Source: a virus. Taken from it: DNA of 64,000 bases. The position numbers and the translations under genes were made by a program. Positions 10,601 through 18,935 of the stretch are shown piece after piece. How positions within the stretch are numbered: the first letter of the stretch is position 1; each line of letters opens with the position of its first letter. Location: positions 1-64,000 of the IMG/VR virus record IMGVR_UViG_3300047368_000327, one strand, 5' to 3'. Below the pieces are notes generated by a model. It saw only the letters and a program-made list of their open reading frames with translations. It searched no databases and was not told the DNA's origin.

Positions 10601-11654
10601 CAGAGATTACCTTCTGGAGAAAGCCGCTTACGATGTAGAAAAGAAAAACCAAAAAGTCGACAAAAAAATGCAAACAATCGGCTCTATAGTTTCATTTATG
10701 AGCACCTTTGCGATGGCCGAAATGACAAGTGCTATGAAACCTTATGTTGAGAAAGCGGTTGGATGGGCAAAAGACAAGGCTACCAATTTAACCAAGGGCC
10801 ACATGGGCTTAGGTGAGCATTCTAAAGCTTTTAAGCAAGCAAGAAAGCAGAATATAGACATGGATTACAGCGACCTTAAGGGCGCTGAGTCTACTGGGTA
10901 TTTAATATCTAATGATAATAAAGCTTACGCTATGTCTAGAAAGGGAACTTGGAATCTTGATCCGTCAAAAACTTTAAGCCACAGAAGAGCTCTACAAGAA
11001 AATATAAAGAAGCAATCAACAAAGCGTCAGTCTGGCGGATCAGTACCTGCAATGCTTACCGCAGGAGAAGGTTTTGTTCCAGCAGCAATAGCGAAAAGAA
11101 TTGGCTACGATAATTTAAACAGAATGAATACCACTGGAGATCTCCCGATCATTCAGGGCAAGGGCGGTATAGATAATGTTGGACCAGTGGGTTTAACCGA
11201 GGGAGACTTTATAATCAAGAAGAGCTCAACAGACAAACTTCTTAGAGAAAATCCAAACATGATGAGATTTGCATTGCAAAACCCAGAAGGATTTAAGAGG
11301 GGTGAGCGTGGATACTATGAAGGTGGGGTTGTCGGCGACGCACCAGCGGTACCAACTTCTTCTGTACCGAGAGCAGCGCCAACAAACCGAATTAAAAACT
11401 CTAATCCGGTTGAAATGTTCAACCAATCTTTTAATCAAAAAAGCGAGCCAGCTGTTGCGACCCAGCAAAAAAGTGAAACAACAAACAATATAAACGTTAA
11501 CGTAACCATAGATCAAACCGGCAAAGAGAGTGTGTCAACTGATGGTTCAGCTAGCTCTTACGAAGAAGAACAACAACTTTCACTAAAAATAAAAAGCGCA
11601 GTAATGGATGTTATTAGGGAAGAGAAAAGGATAGGCGGAGAGCTTAGCTCATGA
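1686..11654 (+). CDS. Tail tape measure protein (TP901-type N-terminal domain) with internal cargo modules including SNase and PD-(D/E)xK-like domains
   Basis: 3322 aa. N-terminal TMP signature (FEKTLMDINVV...AALEFSRQG...DKLAAVD...IGNGLKTIFTR), long coiled coil and C-terminal FAKGG..GP..D.VPAMLT.GE motifs. Lies between tube and tip genes. Confidence 0.92.
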   Translation: MAGIRADVNLNVNTSQAKRSMDRAAAEINKVVNNIGGKQISFNVNGRSFTQPLGRITASANEFTKSLEASNARVIAFGASVGIINGISDAFKNLVLETVKFEKTLMDINVVLNASSQSLQEFGSGLFDVAKNTAQSFTVASEAALEFSRQGLTMEEVLIRTNDALTLTRLTGLKAAEAVSGLTAAVNAFGQAGLSTTDIIDKLAAVDVQFAVSSEDLINALERTGAVAIDAGVEIDSLIGLVTALQQTTARGGAVIGNGLKTIFTRIQRPQSIQQLEDMGIAVKNLSGAILPADKIMLNMAKSFDSLTQSQQSNIVQFSAGIFQANVFRAALKDLSKEQSIQAQATKIAGDASGDAAVKNEMLNKTMSAMASQTVSSIEELAETIGKLAFTPEIGGFLSFIQDGVEGIKNMLGGGEEEGDAFAKGLVKGIGNVLTGPAAIAFGAIFIKLFVNISKFANNSLKDVLGIVSEKDKVKQMEESITKALSDNLKLQEGLNNLEGDRKAQEQFILGIIEKQNKAMAEQANLAARLAKPLVRAGINPDFTSSAPVTASSGVLPEAAKKERKGASRGGYSAGAVDSMDIPGMGEVVYNKAEKVKQFPGMRQPAIMPPEQSRAGRTYRDAFAGQHGFDPYASGGLIPNFARMEGSKLVLDKSKMKLMADPQQARVGQKIRKSYAELSNSGRPVNIEADINNLTVGRGGSHTAKIKDVLSFLRSEGVGSIERPFDLEKLPFRGKKDGQGAEKASLKALGTKYFSTGGKSGDETFPVDLAGLDMTPYEVKSGQWKLPNVLLKSLRLYTDDGLLTFAEKYFGADREMIQEARDEKFKKSSGLLKKKGFIKEGLNRKEQEDIINRFLLHGGLIPNFADDKVKPVKSIANIIDGDSIEADILVGTQRVDHRLQGVDAVEKNQAYGTRATTIAKNFYNDDKKGRLRLRDRIVQDGKAAYGRGLFKDQDLARTLIEKGYGVPDAGYLNKSEYFKYQEIAEKAKSKGVGIWRDKTKKTGKYRHPKAQFYLHQQGIVQKADKWKDVTVSDTRFYKEGVNLSNKKFKGYADGGRKFRHSGLIPNFIDTRTRQQKIQDVLRDPANKGINFKGGALAPMSIKSKNMFHQMFLESYVNKGLESDYDMLVKMGYDPQEITAARKHKQKGGKVNVLAKGHVPNFAASWKRFKKFDKNQYLKSLKKGKSNNEQAKIDAYVKAAGGAQKFQRLNEKFGLDKVDDIFQILGFAKGYVPNFANPLEDAISREKAAGVPQERIRVEKSSQLKGPQNPMGLAVTNTRDEPAGVQQGIRRAKSMGVNPKEHGANVGFVPNFESDDSRVQRLEKGTSVKVGFKDLENSVKKLSSSVDKAAKKISENQKKIDNKSASLNKEELLKNENDIIKKMTTAKKGELRGLKAQFDANLKLRESVHESTRAIDDSSDAEGSSLQKLFYMQSAISLVNGQFEQLSETSSGMTKVFADAILGVSNLTAAYIQQKELVSEGMNMLGTKRSESFSLGQIVDPEARQSRRRAAAAAEARVSGSRVGRGGALSGLIGGAGKLSRAFGRFLPLVGQAYTLFTGLNEAFKFFNIGEMFGLEKGSGLMDLLSTTSERASKKIEKLGESTDKLQSAFESLQTQSQNNEKIDELEILGARRTQKQELKLQELKLKGFDLEVKSQEAMSALLDENMVGSKVAQKFTEELAKGTTGNEDYSRIIKEVIAAQRKQMSFLQGTKSFGELIDKKLDVFSADKGEEKFLKSAAKMRGSQLGMGLSSVLAGEESAETEDRLKILNRNIAALSKETSVDLTSMGDLSSLTDRLSSGLKGTENFDSEMIASQINMLGNNIDEAIDNTSGLHKVESEAFGGAMEKIVSQLRIFKKQLEGESERKQEVQLKKEYIEAYKQVIFEIGEFRKNTKHESKLSLEALKHSSSILLSSEKLSLQYNAIEKEAAISLEFARKRNEIDSKFTNDLQAAEIGVIDSLNKTRDTYLNTEALASMFNKKGSEADKAVGELKKKINEGVKATDFSAVQTELGITLDSSAMDSINKIFQDVADESKNFNSNIQIMTMLAKKHGEILDSNNSAALITLLHQKGIVNISAEDLIKAKQILKEKDRKLESLKQSADNQKAITDQNEKERLISEKTVKGATALFRHLGMDVDAQAAITKNRENILKSIKGEAMHMAVTNKQGEGLASAVAQSLEMQQKGLESQKEKNRNDAIAAVLSLRQLEAQTGALAESEDNKIILEAKNKSEILNAERAAQESQSRLEFLSGQKSRSELVKQQLAKEIADLRSGNLLAAEKNKQLSEGKALTELVGEQREQALHSARLEALIAAENAILLTEKGKQAKLIQQANELQEASNKLTEFQNAITKAKVDKRALAVTAGADIGIEKANAIASTRTAGMRAQIDPSAENMAAYAASLEETNKLLGNGSRAMDRLRSKMAELNVGAENLGADLVDIGIDNARSGLKQLFKDIGSGSKSASEAWSDFGLGLADQLLDRMMDANIDKILKDLTFAFTGEEGKSDEAKMTDEMRHFGGVLEKLNTPLGDLTSEVRALKEVMQNQISKEEGVNTPPDAKIPDGSTFKPGQSPGGAFADVQIQSQIAKDIQGAKTFVKTFKDASIDIFTDFASRAIGIFKGLTQSQATEAGTAKSKEYRTTDLYEAQDELSSFKQNNLFKPKPKQINQMNFSEKGDYVLEQLMPINEEMQMSEYKEQRSNIFNQEAKNNIIAKSIEEKKLKELEERLAQVKKIENPSRGEHQELKTLKTEINESKGKIKDLGKKIKPVIENLEGLDEEFNQAKSALQELTSKVGEINKNLRLQEINIPELQTSTDRLMQNSNPEAYKILTGGMLSGGKIQHFAKGGFVDGPAGVDKVPAMLTAGEYVVPKEQAKQFKHSGGEIQNFSIGGMAKELNNPNTESRPIRGAQGVTQLLVMNEVARGVAKYLEKPKDDGPPTFDKNKFNNLDLRSDVNIKRGDPRLSARFLAKDPVMQEYRDYLLEKAAYDVEKKNQKVDKKMQTIGSIVSFMSTFAMAEMTSAMKPYVEKAVGWAKDKATNLTKGHMGLGEHSKAFKQARKQNIDMDYSDLKGAESTGYLISNDNKAYAMSRKGTWNLDPSKTLSHRRALQENIKKQSTKRQSGGSVPAMLTAGEGFVPAAIAKRIGYDNLNRMNTTGDLPIIQGKGGIDNVGPVGLTEGDFIIKKSSTDKLLRENPNMMRFALQNPEGFKRGERGYYEGGVVGDAPAVPTSSVPRAAPTNRIKNSNPVEMFNQSFNQKSEPAVATQQKSETTNNINVNVTIDQTGKESVSTDGSASSYEEEQQLSLKIKSAVMDVIREEKRIGGELSS
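3591..5621 (+). repeat. Six dispersed in-frame GxxPNF repeats in the TMP (3591, 4260, 4869, 5151, 5370, 5601)
   Basis: GLIPNFA, GLIPNFA, GLIPNFI, GHVPNFA, GYVPNFA, GFVPNFE. The first two are 19/20 identical at DNA level (GGMTTAATTCCTAATTTTGC). Confidence 0.9.
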
Positions 11655-12679
11655 AGCAAGCAGTATTAGGGTATGAGCAAAAATTCTTCATAAATGGAAC
11701 TCAAATATCAGGAGTCCAAAATGTTGCTGGATCTTATGCTATAGAGGAAAAACCGATTAACGTGCTTGGTTGGGGGCATGTTAATCAAAATTTCTACGAA
11801 GATAAAGATAGATTTGCTCAGCCAGACGGATCTTTTATCTTGGATGAAGATGGATTTCATATATTAGGAGAAGAAAGTTCAGAATGTGCAGTGGATGGGG
11901 ATTTAAACGGCTTCCCTCAAAGCATGGCCGTACTTAATGCGCCGCTAGAAGGTTCTTTTTCGATAAACTCGACGCTTGTTAGCGAAGACTTTTTTCTTCA
12001 ATTTACTGGAGATGTTCCTTTTACGGGCAGCATACATCACGGAAAGAGATATTTTGGTTTCGATAAAGGCTATATAACTAACCATGCTGTATCATGCGCA
12101 GTTGGAGAATTACCATCAACTTCAACTTCGATAAGAGTATTTGGGGACATCGGAGGCTCACCAGAATTTATGGAGCAAGAGGATGATGAAGCTTTTTTTC
12201 TTCAGGAGGATAATGGGTTTGCAATAACATCTGAGGACTCTAACGCGGGAATATATAATGCTTCGGGTTCAAATCCTTTTCCAGAGATAAGGCTTCCAAA
12301 TCAAGGTTCAATAATAGTAGAATGCGCAGGAGCAACAACTGATAGGGTAACATCTTTTAATTACAGTATAAATGTTCCAGTATCACCAATATATACAGTT
12401 GGCTCCTCGGTTCCTGCCCAGGTAGATGTTGCATGGCCCATAACGACAGACACTTCTTTTAGTTTGGACATAGACAAGTACGAATACCAAAGTCTTAGAA
12501 AATATTTGAAATCACCAACTGTTCATGATATAGCGATAAAAATAAACGATTGTTTTGGCGTACCAATACAGCATTACGTTGTCAAGAGCGCTAGACTAAT
12601 TGGTGAGAGTATGGCTGCCTCTACAGACGGAAGAATGACTGTAAATTTGAGTTACAAATCTTATTATAATAAAAGATGA
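11651..12679 (+). CDS. Tail tube-like / tail tip hub protein
   Basis: 342 aa with tube-like patterns (ISGVQNVAGSYAIEEKPINVLG; DRVTSFNYSINVPVSPIYTVGS). Overlaps the TMP stop codon (ATGA). Confidence 0.5.
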   Translation: MKQAVLGYEQKFFINGTQISGVQNVAGSYAIEEKPINVLGWGHVNQNFYEDKDRFAQPDGSFILDEDGFHILGEESSECAVDGDLNGFPQSMAVLNAPLEGSFSINSTLVSEDFFLQFTGDVPFTGSIHHGKRYFGFDKGYITNHAVSCAVGELPSTSTSIRVFGDIGGSPEFMEQEDDEAFFLQEDNGFAITSEDSNAGIYNASGSNPFPEIRLPNQGSIIVECAGATTDRVTSFNYSINVPVSPIYTVGSSVPAQVDVAWPITTDTSFSLDIDKYEYQSLRKYLKSPTVHDIAIKINDCFGVPIQHYVVKSARLIGESMAASTDGRMTVNLSYKSYYNKR

Positions 12680-13875
12680 GCAAGCCTTTTTACAGATATG
12701 AAGATGTGCCTCTATTGATGGCCTCTGAAGGTGAAGAGCCCGTAATGGTATTCGCAAATAGAGCTGGACTTTCTGCAAGCCAACCAATTCAAGCTAAAAA
12801 ATTCGTAGAAGATTATAATATATCTTTCGCTCTTCAAACTGGAGATATACATTTTACTGGAGCATATGAGTCAGGCTTTCTCATGGGTCCAACAAATGGG
12901 CCAGGAGTTAGGATACCAGAATCGGTTGAAAATATATTGAGCGGAGCAAAGATAGCTTATCCTGGAGGTCAGGCGCTATATTTAGCTGAAGATTTGTCGG
13001 CGGGAGATTACCATATAAAAGTGAGATCAACAGGCGAGACGACACTAAGATATGAGGAGGATATAGAGTATGGAGAAGTTGAGGTTTTAAGAAACTATGC
13101 AGCAGGCGGCATCGTTAGGGGTTCGCTCGACGTTACTTATTATATGAATACTGGAAACCTTCATACTTTTGCCGATTTAACAGGGCTGCTAGACCCTAAT
13201 ATTTATCCACAGGTAAATGAAGCTAAAATCACTGGGTCATTCGGAGATTATATATTTGAAGATGCTTACCTAAGAGATCTTTCTTTTTCGGCAGAACCTT
13301 TTCAGATAATACAAGCAAATTTAAGCTTGGATATATATGGAAGGATGTTATATCAGTCAGGGCTAGCAGATTCAATCATTAGCGACTATGGATGCATAAA
13401 AGAAAACCAATTAAGTGTGCCTCATGCAATTAATACTAAGGTAGAAGGCGCATCAGATGTAGGAATAGAGTACCCCTTGAACTTTACATACAAAATAACT
13501 TCAAGAAGAAACCCAGAAGTTCCAGTGCCATTAAGCGGAAAAATGGACGATGATGGTGAGCTGCCGGTAAGAGTCACAAAAGAAGATATAGACATTAGTA
13601 TAAGAATAGAGGGCGAAAAGCTTGATCCATTTTTAAAAATATCAGGACAAAGAGCTGACGTTACAGTAAGTTTATCAGATATAGGTTTCAGCAAAGAATT
13701 TACTGACAATAACCAAGGGCTAATGAAGGAGTTCAGATTGGCTGGAAGTTTGGTTCACCCGGATTTACCATCTCAAGAATTAAAAGACTACGGAGTAGTT
13801 GAAGAAGATAATCTTAGCGTATCGGAGGGCGGATTTCTGCAGGGCTCCGCTACCATAAAACAGTCTTACAGATAA
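12676..13875 (+). CDS. Putative tail structural protein (tube-like fold)
   Basis: 399 aa, beta-rich, translationally coupled within the tail operon. Confidence 0.45.
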   Translation: MSKPFYRYEDVPLLMASEGEEPVMVFANRAGLSASQPIQAKKFVEDYNISFALQTGDIHFTGAYESGFLMGPTNGPGVRIPESVENILSGAKIAYPGGQALYLAEDLSAGDYHIKVRSTGETTLRYEEDIEYGEVEVLRNYAAGGIVRGSLDVTYYMNTGNLHTFADLTGLLDPNIYPQVNEAKITGSFGDYIFEDAYLRDLSFSAEPFQIIQANLSLDIYGRMLYQSGLADSIISDYGCIKENQLSVPHAINTKVEGASDVGIEYPLNFTYKITSRRNPEVPVPLSGKMDDDGELPVRVTKEDIDISIRIEGEKLDPFLKISGQRADVTVSLSDIGFSKEFTDNNQGLMKEFRLAGSLVHPDLPSQELKDYGVVEEDNLSVSEGGFLQGSATIKQSYR

Positions 13876-16800
13876 TGGACATACCTATATCAGGAATTGG
13901 GGCTAATTCTGTACAATGGTGGCAGGAGAGTGGTGCGAGCAATTTAGTTTTATTAAATGAATTAAGCGGCACCAGGAACCCACCCGAACAGGTTTTCGAA
14001 TCGGACATAGAAAATTACAAACCAAGGGAGCAGACGACTCAAACCGAAGAAGGAATACAGTACTTCATAGAAACAGGAAACAATGTAACACTTTTAGATA
14101 AATATCCATATGTAGACTATAGCCCTGATACCTACTGGAAAGAGAATGATATTTTATCGATAGAAGATTTAACATTTTCTAAAAATAAAAATTTTATTAT
14201 AAATAATAATGCTGAATTATTAATTAGTGAATTTTTTAAACTTAATTCTAGTTTAGGTTATTCTATTAATGTATTAGTAAAGAAGGATACTGAGTCTACT
14301 AGGTTGATAGATGAATATAAAACATATCTAGCTGAAAATCAAAATGGATCTGTTAATATTGGTGATTCGATAGGCGTTGGAATAGGTATAAAGTTTTACG
14401 ATGAAAATGATGTAGAGCTTTTTGCGCCGGACTTAAGGGATACTCACAGATTAATGGCTGGAAGTGAGTTGAATCATACTGAGTATTATAATGTTAATAT
14501 AGATATAGCTGACACTTCAATCCCAGAAGATGCGGTTTCTGGAAGAATAATTTTATTGGTTTACGGATTAAGTTCTGGGGGCTTTGTTTTTAAGAAACCT
14601 TCGGTAAGAAATTTAAGCAAGTTCTTTTACTGCACTAAGGATCACCAGTCTTCTTATTGGAATAGCCCCAATAGTAAAGATGGATTAAAATACTGGACGC
14701 AAGATTTTGTGTGGAGGCCGTCTTATGGATCAAAGTCGGATTTTGTAGCAATTAATGAAGAGCTCAAAATGGGAGAAGGCAAGGACTATGTCACTAACAT
14801 GGCTATCAATGCTCTGCCGATGGAGCTTAATGTAAACTTCAATAATAGAACAGATAAAGAAGCTAAAGCTATTATACATTTTTTACAAGAAAAGTCCTTT
14901 GCATACGATTCGATTTTTAGCCTCGACTATAAGGGAGATAGGCTTTTGTCTAGCGAAATAGGATCCTTTAATTTTAAATATACTTATCCGTATAAAGATG
15001 ATTTAAAGTATACCTGCACCCAATTCAATCACTCAATTGTTTATAGAAATAATAATAATATAAATGCTAAGTTTATATGCAATACCGAGAGTACTCTTTC
15101 TAGCGTGGAAAGTAACGCTGGTTACAATAAAAGGATTGACGCACTTATACCTATATTTATAGATGAAACCACTGAGTTTAAAAAAGGTGAACAGATAACG
15201 CTGAATACCTTTACGCTTGAAGAGGGTGATGGAACCACCACTGTTGACACAAAAAAGATAAAAAGAATAAAACGTTATCCGGAAGACACCCTTCAGGAGG
15301 TCACGGGGGGAATTATAACTTTCACAGAAGATGTCGGACTGGAGGAAGAAGATTGTGTTTTTATAAAAATCGTAGATCCAAAAAATTCTAGATACAACGT
15401 GGGCAAAACGAAGATAAAGAAAAAGATATCCGAAACAGAGTATGCTTTTTGGCCTATACTAGAAGAAGGCTCGGAGGAGGAGGTCGCTAATTACAGGGCA
15501 ACTTCATCCGCTGGAGAAAAGACGTCAATTCGTTGGTTTGACCCAATAGGCGGAGAAAGAATTGAACTCAGGAATAATGAGGTTCAGTCGACTGATCCAG
15601 CTGAGCAATTATGGAGGCCTGTGAGCGAAGACCAAATAATTCCAAGAGAGGAAGTTTATGAAAGTGAAGATGGCGCTCAGTATTTCGAGGAAAGTGGAGT
15701 AGATTTTATTACAACCAGGGGAGAGGAGTTTGTATTTGGGGGCAATATAACGATGAAGCACATGCAGGTTTGCCCCGAGGATTGCTCATATAGTAAAGTT
15801 TTACTTCCCGAAAATGTATCAACTATACCTTCTGTTAGCGTTGACCCAAGCACTGGACTAGAGAGAAAAAGACAGGTTTATTTAAAGAATTACAGAAGAA
15901 TGCAAGTGGACTCAGATATAAATGAAGACACCCTGTCTGTTACTTTTACGCCGCTAGAAAATTTCACTCTAGAGGCGAAGGATGATTTCTGGTTACTAAT
16001 ATCCGCAGTACAAGGAAGAAGTAGCATATATTTAAAAGACGCTAATGAAACTCCAAAGTTTCCATGGTTAGAAGTTAGGAATTTTGACCACAAGCCGAGT
16101 CTCGTTTTTGGCCTAGAGCAAACGCCTGATCACATACAAACAAGCTTCACTAAAACTTATAATAAGCGATATAAAAGAGGTATAAATTCAAATTTATCAA
16201 CATTTAATTTAACGTTCGAAAAAAGAAGCGACGAAGAAGCAGCTGAGATACTGCAGTTTCTGGAAAGCCATTTGGGATACAAGAAGTTTAGGTTTCAAAT
16301 GCCTAGGCCTTACCTAAAGGATGGAAGCTACCTAACTTCCCAAACTAAACCGTACATGTCTACATTTTATTGTCCTAGCTGGGGCCACGATGTTATTTAT
16401 AAAAATAACCATACGATATCGGTTACGTTTATAGAATCTGCAACTTCGATAGAAGAAGATTTAAGGTCAGTATTTGGGATAGGACAAGAAGAGGATAAGC
16501 CTTGTTATGGCGCTGAAATATATGACCCAATAACAACTCATGAACTTTGCACTTTTTCTTCTCAATTAATGGCCGCTAAGGGCGTAGGTTTTGATCTATC
16601 TAAGGAGGCAATAACTACCAAGTCTAAGGCTGTCGATTTAGTTTTCATAGTTGATACTACTGGAAGTATGACTAATTTATACATGGATGTAGAGGGAGAG
16701 ATAATATCAAAATATAGACTAACCATAGATGTAGTTCTAAAAATGATAACAGCTTACGATAAGTATGTGATGCCTGGAACTAAGTCATTTAATGGTATTT

Positions 16801-18932
16801 ATGATGCCCCTGAGCTTTCTTACGGTTCTATTAGTGGGGATGACACGGTCCCTCCTTGGCCTGCGGATAACAAAGTAATGGATAGCTTAATATCAAAGCT
16901 TTATGATCCACTAAAAGAACTAAGAGATTCTCTTGAGAATAATGGATATAATTTAGAAAACTTAGATAGGTTTAAAATAAAAATAGATGAGAAAAGAGTG
17001 AATTTAGGCTTCATCTTAATGGGCGACACTAGACAAATAATACAAGACGTTTCAGATTTGCCAAATTCATTCGATAAAATACAGTCTTATAAAAGTGTTG
17101 ATGTAAAAAATACCAACTGGGACCTAGGGGAAGATTCACCTAGGGCAGTGAGTCAGGCGTTGGCGCAGTTTTACAATAGTCCAAGAGCTGAGCATGTAAC
17201 AGATAGGATTGTTGTTATGCTTAGTGATGGGGTTTTTACTAGTGCAGACGCAACCCAGCCAGGGTCCGACTATAATTCGTACTATAGTCAATACACTCTA
17301 GATATGTGCGCTCAACTAAGAAAGGGTGGAGAGTTAGCTAAGAGAAGGCCTAGCGATGAAGTGTTAAAAAAATACGGATTTCAGTCCCAGAACCCATACA
17401 AGAAGCTTGAAAGCTATAAAGGTAAACCTAGAGATGGAGGAGTCTCTGAATACAATAACCCGGACAATGGAGCGGATAATCCCGATTGGTACGAGGAAGA
17501 AATGCCTACAGTTTTTATGTTTGCTCAAGTTGGTAACCCTCAGTATCTTTCAGTATATGCGCCTAACTATGTATATGATTATGATCAGCCAGCCCCATAT
17601 CTAGATCCGCCAGCAACAAAACCTCAATTCTTCTTTCCGATAACTCAAAAGGATGACCCGAGTAAAGAGGTGACGAGAATGATGGATTTAATAAAAGTAG
17701 TGGAAATGATAACTAGCGATAGCGGTTATCAAAATTTATTTTCTATAGTACTATATAATTGCGGGCCACATAACGTTAGACTCTTGAATACCTTAGTGAA
17801 TATTAAAGGTCAAAAATCTCCAATGAAGTGGACTACAGAAATTTTAAAACAAGGAATAGTCGACGGAGGAAGCAATCAAGACTTAAAGTATACAGCTCAA
17901 GGAGAAGGTATAGATTCTATAGTTAAAGGTTATGGTGGGCAATATTTTGGGGACCCAGATAATCAAGATTTGTTTTCAGATGAAAAGAAGGCTTCCAATA
18001 TATTATGGCAAACATTTAATACCAAATACGAAGTGTCCAGAGAGTCAGTTATTTATGATATAAATGGAGGTTGGAATTTGAATTCGGCCGAAACAGCAGG
18101 AGTTAATAATATAGGGGTTGCATCCAAAGGCATGCCTGTTAGGGTTTTTAGGTCAGACTCAGGACTCGAAATAACAGACTATAATATTGGTTCAGCTAAT
18201 CTATCCAATAATTATCAAGGAAATTATTCTCACTTGCCGTTAATAAAACCGGGAGAAAAGCTTGATTTATTTTTTGGAATAAAGGTTGGTAAGTTAAGCG
18301 ATTTTTCTGAAAGCGTTCAACTCTTGATAAACTCTGATGATGGCACAGCTAAGGAAATGGATTGCTATGCGAATTACGAGTTCGATATAAACGTGCCGTC
18401 TAGCAAGAACACTATAGGAGACGAGCCAGTTAAGGACCCGACAAGTCCGGTTGGATGTAAGAGTGTTTGGATGGATAACGATTACGTAATTAGACATCCA
18501 GTTTATGGCGATATAAAAATAGAATCAAATCCAAGGTTACCAGAAAAAACATGGCGATATAACCAAATTGTATTAGAAAATTTTGAAGATTACCCCGGAG
18601 ATGGGTTTTGCTTTCAGATGAGCAACATTGTATCGCCGCAAACATATACGTTTTCAGAGCCAATCATGAATCCAATTTTAGTTGTATATAGCTTAGGGCG
18701 GCCAAACTTAAACGTCACAATAGAAACCGATAAAGAATTTGCAGATTATAGCGGTGGAGCTGTCCCTACGAGGGGTGCGGCGCCATTAAAAATATTATCA
18801 GACAATAAATTTAGTGGTAGGGAGGGTTTTGGGATGTTAATTTTTCCTGGAGAGCATACAAGTATAACATTAACCCCATACGTTGCAGAGCACTATTATG
18901 ATATCGTATGGGGAATACAAAACTGCCCCTAA
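13875..18932 (+). CDS. Minor tail protein with two lambda gpM-like (distal tail) domains and a vWA domain
   Basis: Two gpM-like repeats: WRPSYGS...INALPMELNVNFNNRTDKEAKAIIHFL and GINSNLSTFNLTFEKRSDEEAAEILQFLESHLGYKKFRF...FYCPSW. vWA MIDAS: DLVFIVDTTGSM...IVVMLSDG. Confidence 0.7.
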   Translation: MDIPISGIGANSVQWWQESGASNLVLLNELSGTRNPPEQVFESDIENYKPREQTTQTEEGIQYFIETGNNVTLLDKYPYVDYSPDTYWKENDILSIEDLTFSKNKNFIINNNAELLISEFFKLNSSLGYSINVLVKKDTESTRLIDEYKTYLAENQNGSVNIGDSIGVGIGIKFYDENDVELFAPDLRDTHRLMAGSELNHTEYYNVNIDIADTSIPEDAVSGRIILLVYGLSSGGFVFKKPSVRNLSKFFYCTKDHQSSYWNSPNSKDGLKYWTQDFVWRPSYGSKSDFVAINEELKMGEGKDYVTNMAINALPMELNVNFNNRTDKEAKAIIHFLQEKSFAYDSIFSLDYKGDRLLSSEIGSFNFKYTYPYKDDLKYTCTQFNHSIVYRNNNNINAKFICNTESTLSSVESNAGYNKRIDALIPIFIDETTEFKKGEQITLNTFTLEEGDGTTTVDTKKIKRIKRYPEDTLQEVTGGIITFTEDVGLEEEDCVFIKIVDPKNSRYNVGKTKIKKKISETEYAFWPILEEGSEEEVANYRATSSAGEKTSIRWFDPIGGERIELRNNEVQSTDPAEQLWRPVSEDQIIPREEVYESEDGAQYFEESGVDFITTRGEEFVFGGNITMKHMQVCPEDCSYSKVLLPENVSTIPSVSVDPSTGLERKRQVYLKNYRRMQVDSDINEDTLSVTFTPLENFTLEAKDDFWLLISAVQGRSSIYLKDANETPKFPWLEVRNFDHKPSLVFGLEQTPDHIQTSFTKTYNKRYKRGINSNLSTFNLTFEKRSDEEAAEILQFLESHLGYKKFRFQMPRPYLKDGSYLTSQTKPYMSTFYCPSWGHDVIYKNNHTISVTFIESATSIEEDLRSVFGIGQEEDKPCYGAEIYDPITTHELCTFSSQLMAAKGVGFDLSKEAITTKSKAVDLVFIVDTTGSMTNLYMDVEGEIISKYRLTIDVVLKMITAYDKYVMPGTKSFNGIYDAPELSYGSISGDDTVPPWPADNKVMDSLISKLYDPLKELRDSLENNGYNLENLDRFKIKIDEKRVNLGFILMGDTRQIIQDVSDLPNSFDKIQSYKSVDVKNTNWDLGEDSPRAVSQALAQFYNSPRAEHVTDRIVVMLSDGVFTSADATQPGSDYNSYYSQYTLDMCAQLRKGGELAKRRPSDEVLKKYGFQSQNPYKKLESYKGKPRDGGVSEYNNPDNGADNPDWYEEEMPTVFMFAQVGNPQYLSVYAPNYVYDYDQPAPYLDPPATKPQFFFPITQKDDPSKEVTRMMDLIKVVEMITSDSGYQNLFSIVLYNCGPHNVRLLNTLVNIKGQKSPMKWTTEILKQGIVDGGSNQDLKYTAQGEGIDSIVKGYGGQYFGDPDNQDLFSDEKKASNILWQTFNTKYEVSRESVIYDINGGWNLNSAETAGVNNIGVASKGMPVRVFRSDSGLEITDYNIGSANLSNNYQGNYSHLPLIKPGEKLDLFFGIKVGKLSDFSESVQLLINSDDGTAKEMDCYANYEFDINVPSSKNTIGDEPVKDPTSPVGCKSVWMDNDYVIRHPVYGDIKIESNPRLPEKTWRYNQIVLENFEDYPGDGFCFQMSNIVSPQTYTFSEPIMNPILVVYSLGRPNLNVTIETDKEFADYSGGAVPTRGAAPLKILSDNKFSGREGFGMLIFPGEHTSITLTPYVAEHYYDIVWGIQNCP

Positions 18933-18935
18933 TAA

